Assembly (NCBI RefSeq): GCF_026210795.1
Contig: NC_089433.1
Coordinates: forward strand, 5,146,001 to 5,210,000
Length of the DNA stretch: 64,000 nucleotides
Source: Rhizophagus irregularis
Taxonomy: Eukaryota
Direction: 5' to 3'
Shown here: in pieces, positions 37,905 to 50,585 of the stretch
Layout of the letters: every line of letters starts with the position of its first letter
Position numbering within the stretch: the stretch's first letter is position 1
Notes under the pieces: generated by a model
What the model was told of the DNA's origin: nothing
Databases searched by the model: none
The model's input: only the letters and a program-made list of their open reading frames with translations
Position numbers and translations under genes: made by a program

Positions 37905-38814
37905 TAAATTCTAGATAATGGAACTGGGAAAAACTCTGATAAATGATAATTTTTCTAGTTTTTATTCTGAAGAAACTCAGGCTCGTGATCATTTTTCTGA
38001 AAAATTCTTTATAGGGAACGCATTCAATTCGGTCAGAGATATCCACTTTGCACTATTGACATCGGAGCGCAATTGTTTGCATTCATCAATCATGCCTTGC
38101 ATATATTCTGTAATTTAAGTTATATAATTTTTTGCCCTTTTAAGTCATGTTGTAAGGAGGAGAGTTCCTTGTTAGATTCTTGATATGATTTTATACAAGC
38201 TCTGTAATTTTTCATATTCCTCTCATAGATTTTTAAGTGCATCAAGGGCATTGTTAAGTCTCTCTTCTAACTCTTCTTCACGTTTACTTCCTATTATTAC
38301 CCTTACCATGAAACTTCTTAGTTTCATATTTTTGTAAACTATGAACATTATTCATAATATTAGAACTTTCATCCAGTTCGAATTTGTTATCAATAAAATC
38401 TTTTTTATCAGTAACTTTTCTGTATTACCAGAAAAACTGAAAAGTACTGGTGATACTGAAAATAAACTAATATTATAATACCGATTTATTGCAATTAGAT
38501 TAAATATATTTTAATACATTGTAATAATTAACTTTGTAATAAATCCAAGGAATAAAAGAATAATAAAAAGCATTTTCATTAAATTAAGCCAATAAGAAAC
38601 ATGTTTGTAAAAGAATCTATAATAATTAGTGTGATACCTATATCATTTTCGTTACAAATTTTATTTTAAAATTAATTAATATATAATAGAATCCAATAGA
38701 ATGGAATAGGAACAACAATTCAATAATTAAAAATAAACTAATTAATTTGGAAATGAATGTAAACCTATACTAAAAGCTCAAAGATCTCAATTTCCAAAAA
38801 AAGCATATTACCAA

Positions 38815-38960
38815 AAACACCTGCTGTAAAAAAACTACCTGCTGCGATCAGGCACTACCTGCCACAACACCCACTGTACCTACCTGCTGTGATACCTGCC
38901 ATACCTGCCGTAAAATGCAGCACACTTTCGACAACACACTTTCGACAAGCACAGCTCGCC
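38815..38960. repeat. Cluster of ACCTGC and ACACTTTCGACA repeats, probably a lone transposon end
   Basis: Six ACCTGC units, then CACACTTTCGACAA twice, ending GCTCGCC. No partner end found. Confidence 0.5.
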
Positions 38961-39388
38961 ATAAGAAACGAGGCAAAAATTTTGATTTTAGCACTGTATA
39001 ACCTGAAATTGTGTATGACCTACATAAATAACTTATCATATATAAAAAAATTTTTATCAATTACCACTCAAAGAACCTGAAATTTATTTTGGATTTTTTA
39101 TCATAATCAATACTGGAATTAATTTCTAAATATTTTCTGTCAAACTTTAAATATGATTTCAAATAGTTTGTGTATTTACCTAAAAATTTTTTGCTCAAAG
39201 TTATAAAGATTTAAATTCTTTTCATATATGTAATTTTTTGTGCTACATGATTGACATTGATTTTATCCATTTTGAAAATATTACTAAGCTTATGTAATAC
39301 TTACATAAGCTTATTTAAATTGCATTATATAAGATTACTTTTTTTGGAATTTTAGTTTATTAATAAAATTTTTTTGAACTTCTATATA

Positions 39389-41745
39389 ATGTTTCCCCAA
39401 AAAAATCCTTTAAAATCATCTAACATTCTGAAATATTTAGAAAAAAATCTTATATGTTGGACTAGTAGAAATGAAAAGATTGATAACTTCATCCAGGAAA
39501 TACAATTAAAATTCAATAGCGAAAATGATGTAATATTTGAATGGATACCATACAATCAGTTTAATGAAATCAAAGAAATAGACAAAAATGGGCTTAGAAC
39601 GGTATATTCAGCAATATGGAAGGATGGTCCAATATTTTACAATGATCAGTATAATAAATATACAAGAGATTCAAATAAAAAGGTTTCTTTAAAATGTTTA
39701 CATAACTCACAAGATTCCATAGATTTTCTAATTAATGAGGTAAATATTAAAAAATTTAAAATACTTTTTTTTTTAATTTAGTATATTTACCATTTATACA
39801 TATCTAGGCTAAAATGTATTCAACAAAATATAATGCATTTCTTGCATTGTATGGAATATCTCAAAATCCAGATACAAATGACTATATTTTATTAGTTCAA
39901 TATAATTCTATAAACATAGCAAAATGGTTCAGTGGAAATGAAAAAATTGATGATTTCATTCAAGAAATGCAATTAAAAATGAGGGATCATTATGATAATG
40001 TATTTGAATGGATACCATACAATCATCTTGACAAAATTAAAGAAACAGGCAAACATGATTCTACAATAGTATATTCAGCAATATGGAAGGATGGTCCATT
40101 ATTTTACAATAATTGGTATAATGAATATACAAGAGATCCAAATAAAAAAGTTGCTTTAAAATATTATTTTCATAATTCACAAAATTCTATTGACTTTCTA
40201 ATAAATAAGATAAATGAGGTATGACAATTTTATAAATATTCTTAATACTTTTAATATAATGTATTTATTATCTCTTTTGATTATATTTAGGTTAAAAAAT
40301 ATTCAACAAAAAGATTTAACAGAGTAATTTGGGATGTATATGGACTATCTCAAAATCCAAATACAAATAATTATATTTTAGTTTTGGAATGGGCAAGTGG
40401 GAATGAAAAAATTGATGACTTCATTCAGGAAATGCAATTAAAAAGAAATAGCCATAATGATATAATATTTGAATGGATACCACACGATCAACTTGATGAA
40501 ATTGAAGAAATAGGCAAAAGTCCTATAACAGTACATTCAGCAATATGGAATAATGGTCCATTATTTTACAGTAATTTGGATAAGAGGTATATGAGAGAAT
40601 CAAATACAAATGTTGCTTTAAAACATTTACATAGCTCACAAAATTCTATTGAGATTCTAATAAGTGAAGTAAGAAATTCTACAAATATTCCTAATATTTT
40701 AATTTTTTTTTTTTATCTCAAATTTATTTTCAATTCAGCTTAAAAAGCATTTAACAAGTATATTCGGCAGAAAGGTTGCTAAAATATATGGAATATCTCA
40801 AAATCCTGATACAAGTGATTATATTTTGGTTCAAAAAAATTTAATATTGATGAGTGGAATTAAAAAACTTGATGATTTTATTCAAGAGATGCAATTAAAA
40901 ATTAATCACTATGATGATGCAGTATTTGAATGGATACCCTACAATCAATTTAATGAAATTGAAGAAATAGGCAAGAATACTAATTCTATTACAATGTATT
41001 CAGCAGTATGGAAGGATGGTCAATTACTTTATAATTATCAGTATAAACATTATACACGAGATTCAAGTATAGAAGTTGCTTTAAGATGCCTGCATAATTC
41101 AGAAGATTCTATTGATTCCCTAATAAATGAGGTATAAGATTTTTATAAATATTTTACTAACTTTTAACAATAAAATTAATTTATTTATTTTATTATTTAT
41201 TAGGCTAAAAAATATTTACCAAAAAAAGTTGCATTTGCCATATTATATGGAATATCTCAAAATCCAGATACAAATGATTATATTTTGGTTCAAAATAATT
41301 TCATAAACTTAGCAAATTGGATTAGTGGAAATGAAAAAATCGATGATTTTATTCAAGAAAAGCTATTAAAAAGGAATAATCATAAAGATATTGTATTTGA
41401 ATGGATACCATATGATCAACTTGACGAAATTGAAGAAATAGATAATAATGATTCAACAGTATATCACACAATGTTGAAGGATGGTCCATTATATTACGAT
41501 GATTGGGATCTTAGATATACAAGAAAATCAAGAAAAGTTGTTTTAAAATATTTATATAACTCACTAAATTCTGTTGACTCTCTAATAAATGAGGTATAAC
41601 ATTTTTATAAAATATTCTTAATACTATTAATAATATATTTCTCACTTTATTTTATATTCAGGCTAAAAAATATTTAACAGATGATATATATGGGATATCT
41701 CAAAATCCAAATACAAATAATTATATTTTAGTTCTGGTAAAATAG
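39389..41745 (+). CDS. Protein of five tandem kinase N-lobe modules with no catalytic C-lobe (~668 aa)
   Basis: Exons 39389-39739, 39808-40218, 40291-40668, 40739-41131, 41204-41593 and 41662-41745, joined by five phase-0 GT-AG introns into one open frame. Repeat unit SGNEKIDDFIQEMQLK..FEWIPY..VYSAIWKDGP..VALK..LINE|.K..YGISQNP.TNDYIL. Start codon uncertain. Confidence 0.78.
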
Positions 41746-43801
41746 AATATGCAGGAAATTGGTAACTTAAGTAGATACTAGGTAATGTAATGTTTATCCA
41801 TTTATTATAACAATATAAGGTACATAAAAAATTTTTTTTATTTTACATTATGTACCTTATACATACATGGAATCTTGTGACATGATCAGCTTTACTTGTT
41901 TGTTGTTTACAGCTACAACAAAATTATTTCTTCCACAAACTTTCTTTCCTCCATAAAAAATATTTTTTAGAAATCTATTAAATAAAAAGTTAAAATGTTT
42001 TTAAAGAACTTAAGTGTGGAAACAAATATATTTTTTTATGGATCTCTTAATATTAATTTTATCAATTAAATGAAATAAAGGAGAGTGAGTCATTTAACAA
42101 GTATAAAAATACATATATGTTAATGTTTTAAATATTTATGAAAAAATAGATATTTTTTAGTGAAATAACTATACTAAACATATTTTCAACAGCACAGTCT
42201 GCTAAATGAAATTGGCTTAGAAAGCTGTTCAGCAGATATGAAACCATTCAAATATTAATTTTATTGAAGCAACTTCACTATTCATAACAATATTAATACT
42301 TTTACTGGATTTACTGATTTACTTCCTAGTTAATTAATTTATTTAGTTATTTTAAATTATAGGTAAATATTATAAACATGTACCATATATATTAAGTATT
42401 TTTCAAATGAAGAATTTAATTGTTTAAATTATATATAAATATTATATAAATAGAATTAAATAAATAACTCATATCTATAAAATAATTTTTTAAATAAAGA
42501 ATTTAGTTAGTTTAAATTATATGTAAATATTATATAAATAAGTAATAATAGAATTAAATAAATAAATAACTTACTCTCTTACCTCTATCGTTATTGTGAG
42601 CCATTACTATCAAAATTCCCCTTAACTGGAAAGTATAACGTAAATATATCTTTTTTTATTTAATTATTAAACGCCTTTATTAATATTGGCATACTATACG
42701 ATAATAATATTTATGCAAAATGCATTGTATGAGAACGGAAGTACAAGTAGACAAACATAACACTTGAAGTTAAATTTAGAGAAAATAATTTGGTATAAAA
42801 AATATCATGAAATGTTTGTAAATTATTAATATATACAATTCCAAAGAAGGAGAATATAATAATGTTCGAGTGTAATATTCGGTGATATTAGATAATATCT
42901 CTTTAGATGATTGCTTGTCAATTGTCAAGCCTCATTGTTGCGTGAAAATTTCCCTAATAAAAACATCTTGGAAATGATCGGCAGATCATAATTTTATTAT
43001 TTAATCTTATTGCTTCATTTTTTTTCATTTTTTTGTACTGTTTGAGTCAATTCTATAAACTAGATAGTAGACATAATATTAAGAAAATATTCGATAGAAT
43101 AAATTGAATATAAATCTGGTGTGCAAAAAAAAATCCAATTAACTATTAGAATTTAATAGTCTATTAATAGTCTGTACCTCATGTCTTGTGTCACTACACC
43201 AAGTACTACAAATAATTATATATAATATTTGGTAAAAAATGCTTATACAGTATGTTCGCAATGAACAAAGGATTATTTATTTATTTGTTTTTAATTTATT
43301 TGGACTATTTTAGATAATATATATATAATCATGTTATCACGCTTTATATTTTGTATCTGCGTGTAAATACTTGCATAACCTAATAAAGAATTCAGCTTAA
43401 CAAGATTAAAAAGTAAAGATTTCTGTATAATCTTCACCCGTGCAATCACCTTATTTCGGCTTATTTTGACATACGGATAACATTAAAGGGATAGACATTT
43501 TATTTTTTACTAAAATAAAATAATCATTTTATTAGAGAAATAAAGAGCTATAAAAGCTATTATATAAAAATATTCTTGGTTGGAGAATTTGAGTAAACTA
43601 TATAAATTTGATATACCAAATTGTTAGTATAGTTAAATTTTATCTGCTGTTCTCTTATCAATTATATGATGATAAGCTAATTGATCAGTGAAATTCGTGA
43701 AATGACAAACTGCATCTTATGACGATTAGTTTGTCGGTATCTAAAATCGATTATCGTAATTATTTTTTTCATATAAAAAAGAAAAAAAGTATGCAAAAGA
43801 A

Positions 43802-43898
43802 AGCCCAGTGCAGGAATTGAACCCGCGTTTCCACGATCAACCTTTGAAAATTTACGTTTAATAAGTTGTGGCGTTCTAACCAACTGAACTAACCGGGC
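43802..43898 (-). tRNA. Atypical intron-containing tRNA or tRNA-like gene (identity unresolved)
   Basis: Acceptor stem GCCCGGT/ACTGGGC, D arm GTTC-AGTTGGTTA-GAAC, T arm GCGGG-TTCAATT-CCTGC, AT-rich insert in the anticodon loop, oligo-T downstream. Confidence 0.7.
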
Positions 43899-44104
43899 GA
43901 TTAGTTTATTTAACATTTCATTTTATTATTGATATACAGAAAAATAAACACTCAATGTTTATCTGCTGAATTATATGATGGTAATACTAATTGATCGTGA
44001 AATTATGAACTGAGATCACAAATGTCCTATTTCATATATAGTTTGTTCAATTGAATATTATAATTTTAATTTTTTTTATATATAAAAAAGAGTATGAAAA
44101 AGAA

Positions 44105-44205
44105 AGCCCAGTGCAGGAATTGAACCCGCGTTTCCACGATTTATCTTTGAAAACTTATATTATTTAATTAAGTTGTGGCGTTCTAACCAACTGAACTAAC
44201 CGGGC
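44105..44205 (-). tRNA. Second tandem copy of the atypical intron-containing tRNA-like gene
   Basis: Exon-equivalent sequence is identical to copy 1; the intron and flanks have diverged. Confidence 0.7.
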
Positions 44206-45036
44206 AATTAATTTATTCAACATCTTATTTTATTAATTATATATAGAAAAATGAACCACATATGATGCAACGCTAATAATTACGTATTTGATGACCTGAT
44301 ATGAGCGAAAACTACTACAGGAACATACATGATAGTTGAGTTATTATTACTTGATAGACGCAATCCTAATTATAAAATATGACTCGTGAATACGATTCTC
44401 CTATAAAGTAATCGAAATGATCGAGCTGAGCAAGAAAATGTTACTATTACATGGAGTATATCGATGATTAGATAATCTGCGCATACCCATGCAATGATTA
44501 GAACACGTGACAAATGATTACTCATAATATTTTATTAGTTGATCGTGGATTTACTGCGTCTGTGGCCAAACCTTGCACATCATAATAATTGTGTAATTTA
44601 AAGAAACTCTAATTTTTTCTCTCCAGAAAAAAATTTATAAGGCGTAAATTTTGTGTAATAAATTCTAATATATATGATGATCTTTTCTATATAGTGTTAT
44701 TTTTTAGGGGGAAGAAGAAAATTTTATTGGGTCATCCCTCGTCATTTTTATGATCAACATTTAAATATTCTTATTTTTAGAATTAAACGCCACATATAAA
44801 GTGAATTTGTCCAATCATTCATTAACGTATAATTTGATCTACTACTACTAGACTATTACTAGTGAACAACGAAAATTCTAATAGAATTCTATTTATTCCT
44901 TTCATACGAAAATATTGTCAAATCACTTAAACCTATTAGGACCGTTTATGTATGCTTATAAGCTTATGAAAAAACTTACATTTTTTCAATTCGAATAATT
45001 CGAATATTCCTTTTTCAAAAATTTAAAAATTTCATT

Positions 45037-47871
45037 ATGGCTAACATTCGTTATGAATTAATTTTTAGTACATTAAATAAATCAAAATCATTAATAGATT
45101 TAAATATTCACAACAATTTAGAAAAGAAATACGAATACATAAAACAAATTATCCTTAATAATGAAGAAGAAATTCTTACGAAAGATGAAAAGTTAGAAGC
45201 AATAAAATTATTAAATAATATATTTGACAAAGATAAAATTCTTTATAATGAAGGAACAAAAAGAATTTGTGAAAATTGTCAAAAAGAATGTTTGGCCATA
45301 ACATATTGTGAATATTGTATTAGAAATTATTTAAAAGAAAATTTTTCAAATTGGACGTCCGAAAATGAAGATATTGATGATTTAATACGAAAATGTCAAA
45401 CGGAATCATATGCTCCTAATGGGATAATAGAATGGATTCCATATAATAATTTACGAAATATTACATATTTAACTAAAGGTGGTTACTCCGAAATTTATAC
45501 GGCGGATTGGATCGATGGAGAATATTTTCAATGGAATAATCAAGAACGAAAATTAAAAAGATTTGGAAAGCAACAAGTAATACTTAAAAGATTGGAAAAT
45601 GGTGAAAGCAATAACAGAAATTGGTTTGATGAGGTAAGAATTTTAACTTGATCAAGGGTATTTATAGGAGTGTAGGAGGTTTTATAGTACTCGTTCATAG
45701 TACCCCAAGAAAAATTTAACTCCGCGTAAATATTGTTCGTGTAACATCATCAGATTCGCATAGGTTAAATAGAAATAGAAAATAGACTATACCGCGCCAG
45801 TACTTTTTTATTGAGCGCCGCTTTTTTTAAAAAAAGAGTAAACTTTTTTTTATAGCGACCTTAAAAAGTACTACTAGGAAAAGGATTTATTTAGGAAAAG
45901 GATTTTTTTTAGGAAAAAAGTTTTTATAATCGGTCCCTTTCCCAAACTTCAAAAAAATGTTTAATCATATTCCGCTTAATAAATAAAAGAATTTTAACCT
46001 CAAATTTTTTATAACTTTGTACTTTTTATGATAAAACTAATATTTTTTGTAACTTAAAACTGATTTACAAGGGTTCTATATTTTGACCAAATATAAATAT
46101 CCTTGCATTTCAGTTTATTTTACAAAAGAAATTTAGTTTTGGAGTAAAAAATCCAAGTTTATAACGCGTTTTGATTCTTAATCTTAACGCTAATATTTCT
46201 AATTTAAAAAAAAAAAATCTTTTTTTTGTAGGATTAAGTGCAAAGTTTGATAAAGGATGAATATTTACCGAAATAATATGTCATTATTAAAAACTTCACT
46301 TTTCGTAAAATATAATTATATCGTTAATTTTCTACGCTCAAGCACTATTTGTCTCCCATTATTACATAATCTTGCATTTTTTTTTAAAAAAAAAAAATGA
46401 AAAAGAAAAATCGTAAGCGACAGATATCCAGCCACATTAATCTTCGCTATAGTTAAACATAAAAGAAATACATTTTTATGTGCAGGATGCGTGAAGTACT
46501 AATTCTTCGTTAATATTTTTCTCGAATTGTTACACAAAGCATTATTTTTGCTGAACATTGATGGCTTGAGGTGCAAATGGCAAAAGTTCAGAGTCGATAA
46601 TAGTTGGAAAAAAATAATATATATTCTTATTAGGATAATCATAATTGAGTGAATTTATTTACCGCACCCTGCGTTACAAAGCATCCTTCCTTTTTTGTAA
46701 ATTATTTATGTCGATCTTTAGTTTATACGCTGCACCCCCCTTAAAATGGCAAATGATAAACATAAAAATATATATAAATTTGTAACGCAGGGTGCGGTGA
46801 ATACATTATTTCATCATAATTTTATATTAATTTTATATTTGTAGGGTAAATCTCATCTAACTTTAAGCAACAAATGGTCCGGCGTAGTAAAATGTTACGG
46901 TTTAACAAAAGATCCATCAGATGGAAATTATATTCTCGTAATACAACAAATGGATATGGATTTAAGAAAATATTTACAACAAAATCATTATAACCTTACA
47001 TGGAAAGAAAAAATTGATATTATTTTTTATATAATTAATGCACTTTCTCAAATTCATAATGAGAATGCAATTCATAGAGATTTACATTCCGGAAATATAT
47101 TATTTTCCCAACTTAATCAAGAATTTTATATCAGTGATCTTGGATTTTGTGGATCAGCCGACAAAAAATTAAATAGTATATACGGAAATTTACCTTATAT
47201 AGCTCCAGAAGTTATTTCTAAAAAAGAAACCACTTTCGCATCTGATATTTATAGTATTGCAATGTTAATGTGGGAAGTTTCGTCCAGTCAATCACCTTTT
47301 ATTAATCATAAACATGATTACTATTTAGCAACGAAAATAATGGATGGAATGAGACCGAAAATAATGTCAAATACACCTCTAGAATATAAAAAATTAATGG
47401 AGCAATGTTGGCACGCTGATCCAACAAAAAGACCTGATATCAATAGTCTTTATAGTAAGATTTTTGAAATAAGAAAATTATATTATCAAAATGATCAATA
47501 CGAAAGTAATAAGCAACATGATAATATACAAATATTAGTTACAAGTAGTAATTGTACAAGCGCTAATAGTATTGCTAGTATTTATTCATTAGACAACAAT
47601 TCTAGTAAATTCGGAAATTTACCTGAAATAAGAAATGTTACCGAAGGTAAGATATCAGTATTTAGTTACTACTTTTTTAATACTAATTTTTAATTAAATA
47701 TTCTTTATATTATTTAGCTCATCGTAGTCAGCATAATTTTAGCATTCCGAACAGTAAGTAATTAATTTATAGATGAGAGTATATTAACCATAAATGAAAC
47801 GTAATTTATCCACTTTATCTTGTTTAGAAATTGAAGATATCGGGAATAATTCAATATCTGGTAAAAAATAA
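45037..47871 (+). CDS. Tyrosine-kinase-like protein kinase with an expanded first intron
   Basis: Exon 1 45037-45633, 1.2-kb intron 45634-46844, exon 2 46845-47646 (HRDLHSGN, DLG, YIAPE), small 3' exons. The 3' end is approximate. Confidence 0.85.
46656..46803. mobile_element. Intronic MITE with 25-bp TIRs
   Basis: TATTTACCGCACCCTGCGTTACAAA vs reverse complement TATTCACCGCACCCTGCGTTACAAA (24/25). Confidence 0.75.
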
Positions 47872-48921
47872 TTATGGTTGTCCATATATCATATAGTTCC
47901 AAACACCAGCGTTACGCTGCTGTTCATTTGTGTACTACAAGAAAAATTTTCATACATTTAAATTTTAAGAAACAATAAGAATTTTTAAATAAAAATTATT
48001 ATCCTAGTAATAGAAAAATACTATTTTTTACTATTTAAACCTTGTATATACTGTAGCACGTTCATCATGTATTATAGTTTTCAAATTTAAAACACTTCAT
48101 TAGAAATTAAATAAATGGGGTTTTGTTAACCTTTTTTCTTTATATTTTGTCCTTTCAGGAAGACGTATAATTTAACTATTTAGTTTAAAAATTTCGTGCT
48201 GCGTAACATGACTCTTTTTACAATTTTGTTTTCATTTTTTTTTGCGTCGCTTCTCGTGTATGGATATCTAGTAGAAACAAAAGAGAAAAGTTATCCTATG
48301 ATCACTCAGATAAATGAGTTATTGAATTACTAGGCTGATATCAGAACGCTCATCCACGCTTACTCAGGCACATATACCAGATTTAATCTAGACTCACAAA
48401 GAATCCCGACAAATATTAAGCATACTTGGAAAACCTTAGACATATACATGTGTGGGCAGACCCATGAACTAAATCGTAAAAAAGCCTTCATTGCAATTAA
48501 AGCTCAAAATGAACACAATAACTCACCAAATATCCTGTTAATCACAATAAATGATTTCTTGTTTAATGATGACTTGGAGATAATTCCATGTTATACTGTA
48601 AGTTATGTTATTAAAATTATAGCAGCCGTAGATTATTTGGAAAATTTTGGATTACCTAGTAATTATTCAGATCAACACCACTTTGATTCAAACTTTCAAC
48701 TAATTAAATTAATTACAAATTATTGTACGAAAATTAAATTCTTTGAATTATATGTGCGCGTTGAAGTCAACGAAATCCATGACTTCTCCTTCCGCAAGAC
48801 CATATGCGTAATTATTTGTTTAAAATAAAAAAAAAGGAAATAGGGTCTTTTTAAATAATTTTTTGCTGTATGAAATTTTTGTAATATTAAGTACCAAAAA
48901 TGTACAAAAGTTAAATTGCAA

Positions 48922-48970
48922 GTCATGATAATTCATGAGTCATGAATCATGACTCATGACTCATGACTTG
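48922..48970. repeat. 7-bp tandem TCATGA(G/A/C) repeat
   Basis: GTCATGATAATTCATGAGTCATGAATCATGACTCATGACTCATGACTTG. Confidence 0.7.
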
Positions 48971-49387
48971 TGCGAAAGTATTGTAATTTTGTATAATTAT
49001 TTTTATATATTACTAATTATTGCACATATTGTATAACAATTTTTATGCTGTTTTACACATTCCTCATAATAAAAATGGTTATTACTAACCTAAAAATTAA
49101 TAAAAGTCATGGGTTTATAATATTTGTATCTACTATATTGCAAAAGTTGCTTACGGGCGCTTAATAATGATCTGATGTGGCGCAAAATTTTTATCCAGAC
49201 CATCATATTAATTCTGTAATTAAACTTCATAAGCTTTATATTAAATAATATTAAATTCAGATTTTAATATCAATTTTGAATAATTTTTATATGCAATCAA
49301 TAATAGATTTAGCAGTAATTTTATTTAATTATTTATATAAAAATAAAATAAAGTAATATTTGTAAAATATTTAGATTACTTTAAATC

Positions 49388-50564
49388 GAATATATAGAAA
49401 GTAAGTAACGGAAATTGACAAAGTAAGTAACGTAAAGTCACATGATCTATTACGTTACCTCTCTTATATAGTAAGGTACGGAACGTAAATTTTTTTGGTA
49501 AATACTTTACGTTACTCCTTATATTTGCCACATGATCGCGTCATGTTTATTTGTTTATCGAATCTCGTTTTCAGTATAGTTTCGTTTCTTACTCATTTTT
49601 TTGTTTTTTTTATTTTGTTTCTGTTTCATATTTCGGTTTTCACTAATTTTATTTTCATTTTTTATTTAGTTATTTTAGTTCTTTCAGTTCTATAAATAAT
49701 AAAGGTATGTTTTTTATTTTTCATTTATTTTTTTTATTTCGTTTTTATCTTATTTACTAACTTCATTTTTTTTTTACTTTATGGTTTATTTTTTTACTTG
49801 GTTTTCTATCATTACCCAACCTCTTATCATGATCATTTTTTTATTTTTTGTCCCTCATCATTTTTCACCTCATATTACTTCTCATTATTCGTCTCCCATT
49901 ATTTCTATTACATCTTTTCATTTCCCATTATTTCTTTTTCTCTCCTGTTTACTTCCCATCATTTCTTTTTGCCTCTCATCACTTCCTTTCGTCTCCCATC
50001 CTTTCTTTTTGTCCCTCATCACTCCTCTTCGTCTCCCATCTCCCATCACTCTTTTTCATCTCCCATCATGTCCTATTTCTCCTTTTTGTTTCCTATCACT
50101 CCCTTTCTTCACCTATTACTTTCCATTACTCTATTGTTATTTCATTTTTTTATTAGCATTTTTCTCCTTGATCATTGTAATTTATTTATCTTTTTTATTT
50201 ATTGTTATTGTATTTTTATTTGTATCACTACATTAAAATAAATACAGTGATTTTTTTCGTTAAAATCGAAGATGTGTGACTTAAATTTAATATTTGCAAA
50301 TAAAATTTCATTAAATAAATCGATTATTTTGAATAAATGTGTTTGCAAAAAAATTTTAAAATATTTTCGAAATAAAATTTTAAGTTTAACCGATTTTTAA
50401 ATTTACCTTACATTCTGTACCTTATATAAGGGGAGTAACGTAAAGTAAATATAATTGACTTTACGTTCCGTGCCTTATATAAGGGGAGTAACGTAAATTG
50501 ACCTAAAACAGTAATTTTACGTTACTTACTTAGCCAATTTCCATTACTTACTTACTACCTGCCG
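49388..50564. mobile_element. Non-autonomous Mutator-like element (9-bp TSD) with a pyrimidine-rich interior
   Basis: CTTTAAATC flanks both ends (49379-49387, 50565-50573). Inverted arms AAGTAAGTAA(C/T)GGAAATTG..AAGTAAGTAACGTAAA. Confidence 0.82.
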
Positions 50565-50585
50565 CTTTAAATCTAAATTATTAAA

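Noticed and set aside
43677..43916. 79-aa ORF
   Set aside because: Overlaps the tRNA-like gene; no coding evidence.
48448..48828. 126-aa ORF with an LRR-like fragment (KLITNYCTKIKFFEL)
   Set aside because: Looks like a chimeric remnant; not enough support for a gene call.
49495..50241. Hydrophobic F/L/S-rich ORFs in three frames
   Set aside because: Low-complexity pyrimidine tract inside a Mutator-like element.
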